Source: Mytilus californianus
Taxonomy: Eukaryota
NCBI RefSeq assembly: GCF_021869535.1
Contig: NW_026262679.1
Span: 37,448,001-37,512,000, forward strand
Direction: 5' to 3'
Length of the DNA: 64,000 nt
In this document: piece after piece, positions 23,301 to 35,335 of the stretch
Numbering within the stretch: position 1 is the stretch's first letter
Layout of the letters: every line of letters starts with the position of its first letter
The notes under the pieces: generated by a model
What the model was told of the DNA's origin: nothing
Seen by the model: only the letters and a program-made list of their open reading frames with translations
Databases searched by the model: none
Translations under genes and position numbers: made by a program

Positions 23301-26300
23301 ATGAACAGGAATTGTTTTAATTTTGGGTTTATGACTGTGTGCATGAAAAAAAGCCAAATAAATGTGTTACAGCATGAAAACACATGGATTTAAACTGGCA
23401 ATCATGTTAAGTGAAAATAACCCCTTTAACAACCTTGTTGAAATGTCTTGGTAGCAAAATTGCTTGAATAGAACAATGCAACACAAACATTCATACATTT
23501 CCTAACTAATAATATTTTACAGTTTTTAATTTGGATTTGTTTAATTTTTTTGTTATCAAATTTATAATTCTTTGTGTTCATGATATATGTGAAAAATTTC
23601 ATTAATTTTGTTTGCTGACATTTTATATTTGTGTGTTTTTACATCTATTATTGATTCAACAAAATTGTGAGAGTGTAAAGTATTGGTCACAGAAGAAGTT
23701 TATTGAAATTGACATGAAATGTACAATTACACTAAAAAAGGGTGAAACTAGGAAAGTGTAGCAGCAATCCTCAAAAAGAAGCGTTTCTAACCTATACATG
23801 TATTTTCCATGCATGTCAAGTTTAAATTGAACATCATTTCTCAGATACTAAGCATGCTGAGTGACCTACATTTTAAGCCTTTTCACACTGAAGTTAAATT
23901 TCACTTTTATAATTATTTCAAGTATCATACTGTAAATTCAGAATTTTTGCAATGTTTTTATTATTGGTAAAATTACAACAACACAAGCTCTCGTTTTAAT
24001 TCCAATGACATAATTTGATTGCAGCATTACCTGAAATTGCGATAATATAGATTGGCGTTCGTGTAGATTGTCCAACAATCGCAATAATTTCTGATTTTAC
24101 AGTATTAGGTTTATCAAGCCAGTATGAGAATACACCTTATCGCTATTTAGTCCAATCCGGAAAAAAAAGTCACTTAGACAACTTCCTGTTTGTGTCTTCC
24201 GGCGCCAAAACAAAGGTCATCAGTAACGAGCTGAGGGAAGAAAAATTTAGAAAGCAAACACTTTGAAACTTTGATTATGATCCACTTTTTTTGAAACTCA
24301 AATTAAAGTAAAAAAAATATTTTGTTTGAAGTGTTTACAATGGTTTAAACAGGTCTCTTTAAAAAGTATTATGCATGATACATTGTTTAAACAGGGCCCA
24401 AGATGATGATAGCAATAAGGTGTATGAAGCAGCTTTAATTTGATAGATTGCTGGTAATTCTGTTGTTATATTGTTGTCTCAATCAAACATGACAAATTGA
24501 TTCTATATCATACATTTACATTGGCAATGGACTTTCTTCTCAATAATTCTGTAAATTTTTGTACCACTGCGAGAATGACTAGACTAAACAAAGCTATAGA
24601 GTTGATTTTAATTTCAGTGAGGAATATAGACTGGCTTGTTTGTTCTGGTGTGGTTCTATCATAAACAGTGTAGCAGTGCTGGTACCGGGAGGAGCAATAG
24701 GTAATTTAATAAAAACTAAATTTATATTGAAAAATAAAATGCAATTGCACAAAATAAAATGTCTACACATATTTAAACAATTAAATTTATGTTTTAACTC
24801 CTACATCTAAAGGCACAAGTTACTTAATGGTTAGGTTACTGGCCAGTCATGTCAGTGTTACCATTTTGTTATTAAGGAAGTTCTTTCTTCCAAAAATATT
24901 TAATGCAGTAATACACAATGCCCTTCATATTACATCTGCTTATTTTCCTTCATAAATAACATGTTCTTGCTCAAATCTGCACAATCTTATATCGAAAGCT
25001 GTTTATATGTGCCATCCTTTTTGTCATTTTGTTATTTTGTCATTTCATATATTCATTTACTTTATGCTTGATTTGAAAACATATTTGTATAGATGGACTC
25101 CCATAATTTTCTGAATTATATTCTTTTTTTTTTATATTTTTGCAGGGAAATTTGGTCCAAAATGGTCTATTCTTCTAAATGTGCCATATGTAGTTATACC
25201 ATTATACATCCTCTTCAAAGTATTGAGTTCACATTCGGTAAGTTTAGTGTGTTAATAAAAATTCTATGGAAAATTGTACTCTAATAAATTTTACAGCTAC
25301 ATTTCTTGTCAGATTTTTATGAGACTTTAATCAAAGGTGTATATCAGCAATGTCTTGGACGAGGTTTGATAATCTTGATAATATTTTACAGGATTTTCGC
25401 ACCTTGGAAATATAAAAAGTTATGGAAAATCACATTGTAGCTATTTCATGCTTACATTTTTTGTGGGATATTTATGGAAAAAGAAGGTAAATAAATTTTA
25501 AAAAAATATATTGGGAGTTATTGCTCTTGGACAGATAAAATATGTACATTGGTGGTGGACATTTGAAAGCTGTTCTGTTATTTTTAGGTAAATAAAGGCA
25601 ACAGTAGTATACCCCTGTTCGAAACTCATAAATCGATAGAGATAAAAACAAATCTGGGTTACAAACTAAAACTGAGGGAAACGCATCAAATATAAGAGGA
25701 GAACAACGACACAACAAAAACACAACATTAAAATGTAACACACACAGAAACGAACTATAATATAACAATGGCCATTTTCCTGACTTGGTACAGGACATTT
25801 TAAGAAAAAAATGGTGGGTTGAACCTGGTTTTGTGGCATGCCAAACCTCCCGCTGTTATGGCAATGTAAAATATAACATTAAAATGACAACATTACATGA
25901 CATGACTACAATACAAATAAATGGGAGAACATATAGGACAAAGAAACACACGAATAATAGCTAACAAAAGGTACTAGGTTTAGAATTTAATACGCCAGAC
26001 GTGAGTCTCGTCCACACAAGACTGGGACAAGAACATCCTTATTATTTAGAATAATATATACTATTGCAAACAGTAAATTTTATAAAATGACTATATAATA
26101 GATATACATGATAAAACCGAAGTGGGGACTAACTACAGAATAAAAACGGATACATTACATAAAACAACTTAATCTAACACATAAAAATATACAGCCGAGT
26201 TAGCCAAAGCCTCAACGCACAAAGTGACGTCACATTTGAAATTCTAAAAAACACACAAAGTGACGTCACATTTGAATTTGTAAAAATATTTCCCAAAAAT

Positions 26301-29300
26301 AAGATAGAATTAGGATTGATTCAAGATTAGATCTGTAATACTGACATTACATTTATTAATAACAATGAAAATTACAATACTATTAATATCAAATTGTGGT
26401 AGTAATTAGATAATTAATTGTATTATCTAGCTATGTCGGTGTTTCTTCTGAATCAAACTGTAAACCAAATATATCTTATAAATTTTGTTGAACCAAACTA
26501 AAATTTAATAAATGAAGGGGGTGATTAAGTATCTTTACCATAACACACGAATATAACAAAAAAGACGTTAAGACATTTGACAAAATCCGACGAGACTAAC
26601 AAATATAACATCAAAATTAAATATATGAATTTGGGATTGAAAAGTACCGTGAAACGTCTTATAGCAATGCGGTTTCACACTCAGCAAAACAGTCACGTTC
26701 GGTAATTAAAAGATCAGACGACGTAATGACAAACCACAATCTAACACGTGGTAAAAATGTCCTTAGTTAGTTTGGACAAAGACACATCGTATGGTTGAAT
26801 TGAATGTGAATTATATAATAAGAACTTGAATGAGATTTTTGTTGAACCTCTGAAATTTTGTTTAGGAAGAGAGTCATCACTATCAATCATTTTGGAGGCA
26901 GTAACATATAGGTAAAGTCTGACTGTTGTTTTAGATTTTTTTTAAATCAACAACATTGTCAACCCTTCATGAAAATGTATACTTGCACAAAGGCTTTTTT
27001 ATAATAAAAAGACAGAGCAAAGTTTTGAAAATATTTTTTTTTTCATTTTTCTGTATTATACTGATAAATGGACAAGTGTTTTGCAGTTAACATTTAGATG
27101 CAGTCTGTGAATACATTTTGTAGATGTCAATAACTTTGTCAAACCTTCCGGGTATGTTATGAATCTTGGACAGAAGCCTCTCCAAGATCAAGACTCAACA
27201 TATGAACAAAAATGTTTGATATTTTATAATTTTTTTCCATATTTTACTGATAAATTGACTTAGCTTTTGGCAGTCAATATTACACTTTTACTTGGGCAGC
27301 AGCTATAGAAATTTTTTCTTCAAAGCTGTAATGTATTTATATATCTATGTATATAAATTGTTTATGAAGAAAACACTATAAAAAGATGAATGATTGATTA
27401 TACATTTCTGGGGGAATTAAATATATCATAAAACAGATAAATGTTTGTCCATGACAGTCAGCTCAAGTTTGGAAAAAAGGCAGGACAATGCAGCAAACAG
27501 TCTTAATATTCCAAGTTTTGAAATAATTTGCATTTATTTTTTAGGCAAGCAGGAGAAATGTGTTGACATTCATAGGGACCAGAATGAAAAAAGGACCAGT
27601 AGAAATGTTGTTTATTCTTTTCTTTGTGACTTGCATTGTAATTAATGCATTCAGAGCTGCTGTAAGTTATTGTAATTAATGCATTCAGAGCTGCTGTAAG
27701 TTATTGTAATTAATGCATTCAGAGCTGCTGTAAGTTATTGTAATTAATGCATTCATATTAGGAATTATGTTATTGAAACATTAAAAGAAAGTTTGTATAT
27801 GAAATAAATGGGTTAACAGGTTACTGGAAGACAGAAAAAGGATGGAGAGAATGGGGGTGTGACAACAAAATGATATATTTGTCTGATTCCTTTAAATCTG
27901 TCCATTATGGGCTATATGCATGTTACATATTGTTTAGTAAGTTACAACAAGTATTTATATTGTAAGATCTTACTATATAAATCCTTGGTTACAATGTTTA
28001 TATTAATGTATGCCTATGATTTATTGATGTTGAAAAACATCTTAATATGTGCTTGAGTTATACATGTTATATCTAGATCTCTTAACATGGAACTAGCATA
28101 TTTTTAAGATTGTACTATGAAGAAGCGAGACAGCTAGTTTATATACAGACTAGTAATAACTACAATATTTGCAAAATATTTCAGCAAGAAGAATTCACTT
28201 TGATCATGACCACCAATAGATATATTTTATTAATTTGACTGTACATGAATTTTTGTTCAAGCTGCCTTTGGAGATAATTTTTCAGAGATAGGACTGTATA
28301 AAGATATATATGTCATTAAAAATTGAACTAAGCAATTCCTTACATCATTAAGTAACTCATGATTGATGGTTACTGATTGTCATACACTTAATATCTATCA
28401 CATGAAAACCAGTATGTTAGTGACCCTCCTTTTCATTAGCATTGGAAGGATTTTAAGTCTGAGTCTGTTGTACATAACAAAAGTTTTGATTAACCTTTTG
28501 TTTGTAAACATTTTTGCAGATTTACTTTTGTTATGATATGAATATAGAAGAAAAATAAATGAATTTCTTACAATTTGTTGGTGTTTCAGAGAAACATAAA
28601 AATAAATGAATCCATGATAATTTTTTTTTTTGAATAGAATTATCAAAATCCATTCTGATTTATCTCCAGGTTACCTTAGGCTGTAAAGCAGAGATGGCAG
28701 AGAACTACCTCAAAGATTTTGAACCTTTCCTAGCTGAAGATACATCTTTTCCAAAGATGCAGGTAATAAAATTGATAATATTTGTACTGAAATTCAAGTT
28801 TCTTTTCATTAACTTTGATATTGTTTTCAGTATGAATTGGCATCCTTTTCAAATTTAAAGTGGCACCTTACCATTTCAGATCTATTCATTGATTATAACC
28901 CTTTGTAAGTATGAATAATATCATTTCATGTTATGACTTTCAGAACCCAGTTGTTCATCTCTCGGTTAAATTTTAACCAAGGGTTAAATATCATAACCCG
29001 AGGTTACTTTCTGTTGATCGTCCTGTGGTTAGATTTAATCCTTTGTTAAATCCTTGGTTAAATGATTCAGATTTAACCTTGCTTCGGCCCTCTGTTAAAA
29101 TTTTAACCAAGGAATAGTGTTGTCTAAATTACTATTCCCTGTTTATAACTAGACTTGAAAGGTCACTAAATTTTGATACAACACCTTCCTCATTTTCGAC
29201 AACCATTAGTAATAAAAAAACTGATTATTATGTTTTACAGTCCTTCCCCCTTTTTAGCAACGAGGTTTACGTTCAAAGTGTCTACCTAACAAACATTTTT

Positions 29301-32300
29301 AAATCAACAATTTTTTTTACCCTGTCATCTATGTCAATAAACAAATTAAATCAACAAAATTAAACATCTTTTAGAATCTATAAATAAAAACATTTTACAA
29401 TCAACGCTCCTTTTTGTCGAGCCTTCGACTTTAGTCGAAAAAGCGAGACATAGCGATCCTACATTCCGTCGTCGTCGGCGGCGTCCACAAATATTCACTC
29501 TGTGGTTAAAGTTTTTGAAATTTTAATAACTTTCTTAAAACTATCCTTGATTTGTACCAAACTTGGACAGAAGCTTGTTTATGATCATAAGATAGTATCC
29601 AGAAGTAAATTTTGTAAAAAAATAAATCCATTTTTTCCTTATTTTACTTTTAAATGGACTTAAGATTTTCTGCCAGGAAACAACACATTCACTCTGTGGT
29701 TAAAGTTTTTAAAATTTTAATAACTTTCTTAAACTATTTTGGATTTGTACCAAACTTGGACAGAAGCTTGTTTATGATCAAAAGCTAGTATCTAGAAGGA
29801 AATTTTGTATAAAAAATCAATCCATTTTTTCCATTTTTTACTTTTAAATGGACTTAGATTTTCTGCCAGGAAACAACACATTCACTCTGTGGTTAAAGTT
29901 TTTAAAATTTTAATAACTTTCTTTTACTATTTTGGATTTGTACCAAACTTTGACAGAAGCTTGTTTATGATCAAATGCTAGTATCTAGAAGGAAATTTTG
30001 TTTTCTTCCAGTTAACATTACATTCAGTCTGCAGTTAAAGTTTTTAAACATTTATTAGATTCATAAACTATCCTGGATTTTTACCAAACTTGGACAGAAG
30101 CTTCTTACAATCAAAAGATAGTATCAAGAGGAATATTTTTATTGATTTACTTCCTCATTTTTGTTGAGCCTGCGATTAACAGAAAAAGTAGGCGAGACAC
30201 TGGGTTCCGCGGGAACCCTTACGAATTTTTTAAATAAAAAGGTGCTATCTGTCACGTCCGCGTTGTTGTTTTACTATGTAATGAATTTAGACGTAAAAAA
30301 ACGTATTGTTTTTAATAAGGAACTGTATTTATTAACCAAAATATTTTTCTAGGACCAGAGAAAAGTGTTGATAATTCTATATTTTGATAAAAATGAACAT
30401 TCACTGAAAATTTAACAATGGGTTAAGTAACCAAGGTTTAAAAAGAAGTTGAACAACCTAATTTTAACCCTTGGTTACGTAACCCTCAGTTAAAAGATTT
30501 AACCCAGCTGGGTTATATTTAACCAAGAGATGAACAACTGGTACCAGGGGGTATAAGGGAATATGGGGTCCTTAAAATAAATAGATTTTGGTGTCGCTGA
30601 TACTCATTTTTTTTGTCCAGATGACTATTTGGTGTCTGTGTTGTATTGGAAAATGTTTTAAAGGAAATATTTGTATAGTGATTATTCTGCCAAAACACCA
30701 ATAAGTAAATGAGTAAATAGTCTAGATAAAAGATATATTGAAAAGAGACTTTTAATAATAACTTTAAAACACAGTTTTTGTTTGCATTTTAAAAGATATT
30801 CATCAGAAATCATGGGCATCATACACTGATTGAAATTATAAGTCTGTTCTGGCACAAAACTTGTACTGCTAAGCAATGGTTGGCATGTACTCATGTCATG
30901 TTAGTTTGGTATCCTTTAATGTAGATGCTCAATGAAATGCAAATTTTCTTAATAGACAGGTTATACATTCATTAAACATGAGAAAGACAAACTACAATCA
31001 TGAATGTTTTTTTTTTATGCCCCACCTACGATAGTAGTAGGGGCATTATGTTTTCTGGTCTGTTCGTCCGTCCGTCCGTCTGTCCCGCTTCAGGTTAAAG
31101 TTTTTGATGAAGTTGTAGTCCAATCAACTTAAAACTTGAGTTTTGACCCCAATTTCATGGTCCACTGAACATAGAAAATGTGGGGCAGCCATGTACTATG
31201 GACACATTCTTGTTAAATTTTCATTAATTCTTATTTTCTATTGTTTTAAAATCATATTTTTATATATATTATATGTCATAAGTATAAGAGTTAAATGTAC
31301 ATGATCAATGTAGCAGTTGTATTTGTATTACTTCCCCAATTTATTTCCTGAAAGTCAAGGAAATAAAGATAAGTATATCTGCTTTCTATATATATCTGGG
31401 TTTTTTACACTCCTTAAAAAGCATGTTATATAAGGGCTTTTCAGAATTGTACACTAGACCTATGTGATATATTAATTTCTTTAGAAAGTAATGAATAGAT
31501 ATAGGAGTGAATTTGATTGTCATTTTCCTTTACGATAAGCCTTCCATGAACCAATAAGGACCTGTAATAAAAATAGTTCAGGAAGTACTTGAATGAGACA
31601 AAAGAATTGACATTTAACCAAAGTTTAAGTTGAACATAGTTTTGTCTGTCCCAATAAAAGTGCATGTTTTTTATATCAATCTGTCACATAAAATTAAATT
31701 TGAATGAACACTAAGGGAAATGACATAATGAATGCCTTTGAGGGCATGGAAACATATTATTTTTGTTATAAATTACTTCCATGTATTTTGTATGAATTAA
31801 AGTAGATATTAGGCATTCATCAATGAGACAGCGCACAACAACACAAAAACAACTGGAACAACTTCTAGAAAACACAAGCACTGACATGGTTCATGACTTA
31901 CAGACATGAAAATGTGGCATGTAGATTTAGTATTTTTTAAATCTCAGTCCTCCCACGTTTAAACTTGATCTGTGGAATTAGGAAAAGGTACATAAAAAAT
32001 TGTACAATTAAAATCAGTACAAGATAAGCACTTTATTCTATGATATTGGTGTAACAAACACAAGATCAAAACATTAACAAACAATTCTATAACAAAGAAT
32101 GTTACATTTCCTGAAAGTAAGTTATAGTACTTAACCTGCTGATGTGAATCTTTGCCATCCTACACTATGTAGTAGACATAGAATGATAGAAATAAAAGTT
32201 TTAGTTTTATACTAGGTCAATACATTGCTCTGGTTAACAGCCATAATTTGAGATTTTGGTCAACACTTACATGCATTAATATTCATACCCATATCCGTGT

Positions 32301-35210
32301 ATGGTTATACCTCTGAGAATGCCACATTTAAATATGGTCTATGTGACTGCAATTTTTTTTGCCAAATACTATCATGTTTTCTATTACATATTTAGCTGTT
32401 TTCATACATTTGTCAGTTTTTGCAACAAATTAAATTCCCTCTGACAAAACTACTGTATATAGATCTTTCAAATTTTGACTTAACAGCAGTATATAGGTAT
32501 GGGGGAGTCCATCTGAACCTCAAGTTTTTATAAAGCTTCTTTTATTGAATTTATTTTGTTGAGAAAGAGAAGAAAATAATAGTCTTTCGAACAAAAAGAC
32601 TATTTTCACATTGACAGCACATTGTACATGAATGAGATATAATCACATTCACACCATAAAGCCATTAAATGTAATTGAATATTCTGCACTTTTCATGCTT
32701 TACCATGAAATAATGTAAAAATGCAGAAAGACCCTCCTCCTAAATGATTGAAATCTATCATGATTTAGATGGATGATGCCATAAATAAATTACGAGTGAT
32801 GAAATGAAGTTTGGTATATTTTTTCAGATGTTGGTATACCTTTTTTACTTCTTGCCTTATTATGTGTATGCCATCTATAGACTTTTGTATCCAGCACCAA
32901 GTAATGGTTTGATGAAAGATTTGGCTGTATTTCATGCTGGGGCTGCTGCGCAGGTGAGATAAGATATTTGTATCATGTCCTCAATAGGCCCATATTTAAT
33001 TCAATAAATATATTCTAGTATGTCTATGTTTATTTTGGAGATCAAAGTAGACTGTCAAATGATTGGTATTTCCACTGTGACTAACTTTGACCTTCTTATC
33101 ACAGATTCACTCCAATGAATTACAATTTATGGAGGAACTTTACTTTACGAATATGCAATGAAACATTATTGGATAAAAAATTTCAACATCCTTTATGACA
33201 AACAGGACAGCTTTTAAGTTCCTATTGTTTATTTCCTTTTTTTGATGGTAATGATTGGTCAGCTCCTTCATATTAAGCATTCCTTTTTTGGTCATATATG
33301 GATATGTTTGCAATAATGCACCAGATTTCAATGAGCATTATATTTCATTACTTAAAAAACTTAAAGCAGGGATGTATTTATGTTATAAATTTTGAGGACA
33401 CTTTCACTTGATTTTATCACATATATAGTGATTTATGTTTCCACTTACAAAGATTTAAATAAAAAGTGGTTTTGCAGCCCTACCTTTTATATGGTATTAT
33501 GATTAATGAAATAAATAAGAATGGGAATTGCCCTTCAGCTGTTTCTTTTTTCTTGAAATACTTATTTTAAAAGGTATAATTAAACTGGTGCAAAAAAGTT
33601 TCTTCAAATTTCTTTGCTGTTATGAAATTCTACACATAAATTGGCTTTGGGCATTGCATATGATCCACTTTTCCTGTACTGTTTCTGAAATTTCTTTTAA
33701 AAAATCTACTGGGAAGTAATGCAACTGATATAAGAGTGTAAGAAGTCACAATTTCACAATCAATTGATTAAGTACTTTGATAATTTTTTACAAGGTATCT
33801 TGCCTGTTTGGATCTGTAAAAGGGAGAAAGTTGAGTATTAAAACATTAGTTTCACATGTAAATATTTTTGGCCAAGTGAGTGGTTGTTAGAATATGATGT
33901 TGATGGCATATTTTTTATAGTCTCTGTTATCTTAATTTGTTTACACCAACTAAGGAGGTTATTAAGGGCTTGACATATGTTATAGACACATGTTTAATGA
34001 TGAAGACCATATGTTGTCCTGTAGATATCTTTTGTAATTTTGGTTACTCAGTTGGTACTAAGGACTTGAACGCCACATTTTCTTTTACTGTAAATTCCAA
34101 AAAATTAATATGTTCATTTACTATTGCAAATCCTTGACCTCTGGCAAAAATGCAAAATCTAATTAATGTGATTTCAAATGTTTAGAAGGAAAATCACTAC
34201 TGAAATTATGAACACAAGTTTTTCTTTTTGCAAACCTGATGCTTTCGCATTCTTATAAGAACATCACATTGATTTCTAAAGTTACAGTATTTGTATTTCA
34301 AAAAGGTAAACAATTCTAACTTGCCTGCTAGCCAAATGATATCAGGAAAGAAATGAACAAAAAGCTAATGACTAATAATATGTTCAAAAGATTTTATCAG
34401 CACCTATAATTTAAACATAATCTTAATGATTGAATGTTTATTGATGTTTGTGCAACACAGTCCAGACAGATAAATAAAATTTACATAAATTAATGGAGAG
34501 AAAAAAATGTATTTGATAAATTTGATTTATTTGAATACTTAAAAGTTATTTTCCCATTATATAAAATGTTGGTAGAAAAAGTTTACATATAGTTTGAAGT
34601 GAGACTAGTTAATGAAGAAATTTTGACCATTGGTGTATTTTTATTTTTTTATTATGCATAATTAGTAAGTCCATAGCATAAAATTAAAAAACAATGTTAA
34701 AGGAGAAATATAAATAACCATGAAAACTTCCACAGTTTATCTTGCTGTGTTCTAGGAATTACTCTACATATTTAATATATGTTCCATTTGAATTATTATT
34801 TGTCCTGAATCTTTGATATTTTTTATAAGAAATGCTGACAACACTTGCAGATGTAAAAGTTCGAGCGTCACTGATGAGTCTTTTGTAGACAAAACGTGCG
34901 TCTGCGGTACTTCATTTCAATCCTGGTATCTATGATGAGTTTATGAAAATTTGTTTTTTTCTAGGCCCAATTTGTGTACCTGACAACAGCACAACATAGT
35001 AGGACAGCAGCCAATTATCGTATCCCATCTACACCAGCAGCCCAGTATTGTTTCTGGATTATCAACATTGCTTTACTTGTTATACCACAACTGTTTGCCT
35101 ACAGGTGTATAACAGGACCTACAAAAACAGAGAAAATTTCAAATGAACCAGTCAAGGAAGATAACTCTTCAAGTCATCCATCATACAATCTTAGAAAGAG
35201 AAAACAGTGA
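8136..35210 (+). CDS. TM6SF1: TM6SF1-like transmembrane 6 superfamily protein (two EXPERA domains), 8 exons, 385 aa
   Basis: Exons 8136-8334, [20702-20903 OR 22257-22458], 24618-24700, 25146-25237, 27545-27661, 28670-28762, 32828-32953, 34965-35210. All are GT-AG and sum to 1158 nt, in frame to TGA. Motifs match vertebrate TM6SF1 as recalled: PPKHDPFY, ALENDG, GEPYLKTP, ICYWDGSVH, FWCGSII, GKFG..W..LLNVPY, EPFL....FPKMQ, HAGAAAQAQF, HSRT, PQLFAYRC. Confidence 0.93.
8440..8710 (+). mobile_element. 3' end fragment of a LINE-like element with a (CTTAT)n tail
   Basis: aagctc-ctt-agagctt stem, then AATAAA at 8680-8685 and cttatcttatcttatcttat; related ends at about 18540-18610 (+) and about 40505-40590 (-). 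Confidence 0.55.
8881..9471. mobile_element. MITE with long TIRs and TTAA target duplication (Kolobok-like)
   Basis: ttaa|GGTTCATGTGGACCCTTTGG...CCAAAGGGTCCACATGAACC|ttaa, with about 190-bp imperfect inverted arms. A TTAA TSD with RR..YY termini is the Kolobok pattern. Confidence 0.8.
9518..15200 (-). mobile_element. Near full-length, disrupted non-LTR retrotransposon (ORF1 plus APE endonuclease-RT ORF2; RTE-X or CR1/L2-like, clade unresolved)
   Basis: ORF1 pieces at 15085-14813 and 14510-13968 (RLG...RPIVVKF). APE motifs at 13840-13250 (DIVCFNECW, IYIPP, GDLNRR) and SIIDY...SCHAP across the MITE. RT at 11380-10127 (FIDFVKAFDSV, QGESLSP, YADD, KTK). C-terminal EDEYHFILEC at 9904-9695. AATAAA plus a (TTA)n tail at about 9535-9518. 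There are several frameshifts or stops, and no TSD was identified. Confidence 0.9.
12399..13162. mobile_element. 764-bp non-autonomous DNA transposon (MITE) nested in the LINE endonuclease
   Basis: TIR of about 43 bp (cagtcagggatataactctatagggttattacagaaaaataac / gttattttctgtaataaccctatagagttatatctctgactg), flanked by the direct repeat TAAAA. Removing the element and one TSD restores the in-frame ...SIIDYLLLSRDSF...SCHAPL. Confidence 0.88.
15761..16248. mobile_element. Older relative of the 8881-9471 MITE (TTAA TSD)
   Basis: Starts ttaa|GGTTCATC and ends ...GAAGC|ttaa. The internal inverted arms (15891-15977 vs 16125-16192) resemble 9001-9090. Confidence 0.55.
20702..20903 (+). CDS. TM6SF1: TM6SF1 exon 2a (202 nt, first of a duplicated pair)
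   Basis: tttcag|TTTGGAG...TATGA|gtaagt; VWSIFLFASLVDITVALENDGYIEKYMHFYLLQGEPYLKTPFGTMINYWDGVIHFALVLFVLSRKSY; phase 1-2. Confidence 0.88.
22257..22458 (+). CDS. TM6SF1: TM6SF1 exon 2b (202 nt, second of a duplicated pair)
   Basis: ttttgtag|CATGGAG...TATAA|gtaagt; AWSILLFSSMVDVVIALENDGFLGRYLHFYLLQGEPYLKTPHGTSICYWDGSVHFALYMFIMSRSNY; phase 1-2. Confidence 0.88.
23930..24102. mobile_element. Short TA-TSD MITE, also present in the duplicate at about 59913-60104
   Basis: ta|CTGTAAATTCAGAA...TTCTGATTTTACAG|ta. Confidence 0.6.
24618..24700 (+). CDS. TM6SF1: TM6SF1 exon 3 (83 nt)
   Basis: atttcag|TGAGGAA...ATAG|gtaatt; EEYRLACLFWCGSIINSVAVLVPGGAIG; phase 2-1. Confidence 0.9.
25146..25237 (+). CDS. 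TM6SF1: TM6SF1 exon 4 (92 nt)
   Basis: ttttgcag|GGAAA...CATTCG|gtaagt; GKFGPKWSILLNVPYVVIPLYILFKVLSSHS; phase 1-0. Confidence 0.9.
25585..26770 (-). mobile_element. Retroelement-derived insertion in TM6SF1 intron 4 with a truncated hammerhead half at 25991-26023
   Basis: The minus strand reads agtcttgtgtggacGAGActcacGTCtggcgta...aattctaaacctagtacct, matching the 3' half and downstream context of the two hammerheads above. Confidence 0.55.
27545..27661 (+). CDS. TM6SF1: TM6SF1 exon 5 (117 nt)
   Basis: tttttag|GCAAGC...GCTGCT|gtaagt; ASRRNVLTFIGTRMKKGPVEMLFILFFVTCIVINAFRAA, which resembles the RRPFDL...FRGL segment; phase 0-0. It is also conserved in the downstream duplicate. Confidence 0.85.
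27635..27755 (+). repeat. 34-bp tandem repeat (about 3.5 copies) spanning the exon 5 donor
   Basis: Unit attgtaattaatgcattcagagctgctgtaagtt, identical at 27635, 27669 and 27703, plus a partial copy at 27737. Confidence 0.95.
28670..28762 (+). CDS. TM6SF1: TM6SF1 exon 6 (93 nt)
   Basis: ctccag|GTTACC...ATGCAG|gtaata; VTLGCKAEMAENYLKDFEPFLAEDTSFPKMQ. Confidence 0.9.
28946..30543. mobile_element. MITE with TIR CCAGTTGTTCATCTCT, split by a nested HINE element
   Basis: ccagttgttcatctctcggttaaat at about 28947 vs atttaaccaagagatgaacaactgg at about 30517-30541; both ends are rich in TTAACC/GGTTAA subterminal motifs. Confidence 0.55.
29411..30230 (+). mobile_element. Helentron/HINE-like element, second family, with ~195-bp internal repeats
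   Basis: tttttgtcgagccttcgac 5' end; 3' aggcgagaca plus hairpin gggttcc-gcg-ggaaccc; cactctgtggttaaag units at about 29476, 29690 and 29883. Confidence 0.75.
31011..31214 (+). mobile_element. Short HINE-like element
   Basis: tttttatgcccc...ggggcat 5' hairpin, gtcc repeats, 3' ggacacattcttgtt end. Confidence 0.55.
32828..32953 (+). CDS. TM6SF1: TM6SF1 exon 7 (126 nt)
   Basis: ttttcag|ATGTTG...GCGCAG|gtgaga; MLVYLFYFLPYYVYAIYRLLYPAPSNGLMKDLAVFHAGAAAQ. Confidence 0.9.
34863..34908 (+). ncRNA. Degenerate minimal type I hammerhead ribozyme (PLE/retrozyme-associated)
   Basis: gcgtca-CTGATGA-gtct(tttgt)agac-AAAA-cgtgc-GTC; GAAA is mutated to AAAA and the 3' strand of stem I is degraded. Confidence 0.65.
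34965..35210 (+). CDS. TM6SF1: TM6SF1 exon 8 (terminal coding exon, 246 nt including stop)
   Basis: ttttctag|GCCCAATTT...CAGTGA; AQFVYLTTAQHSRT...PQLFAYRCITGP...YNLRKRKQ*. Confidence 0.9.
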   Translation, partial: AQFVYLTTAQHSRTAANYRIPSTPAAQYCFWIINIALLVIPQLFAYRCITGPTKTEKISNEPVKEDNSSSHPSYNLRKRKQ

Positions 35211-35335
35211 AAACAAATGGCTTAAATCATATATTGTAGTTTTAACCAGGTTTTTTTAGTGTAAAATTAAACCATATTTTTTACCAGCTTTTGTTATCTT
35301 TTTTATCTTTGCATAACAAGTGTTTTGACTTTGAA

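Noticed and set aside
25441-25486. 46-nt AG/GT-flanked segment in intron 4
   Set aside because: It would shift the frame, has no TM6SF similarity, and a proper exon 5 exists at 27545.
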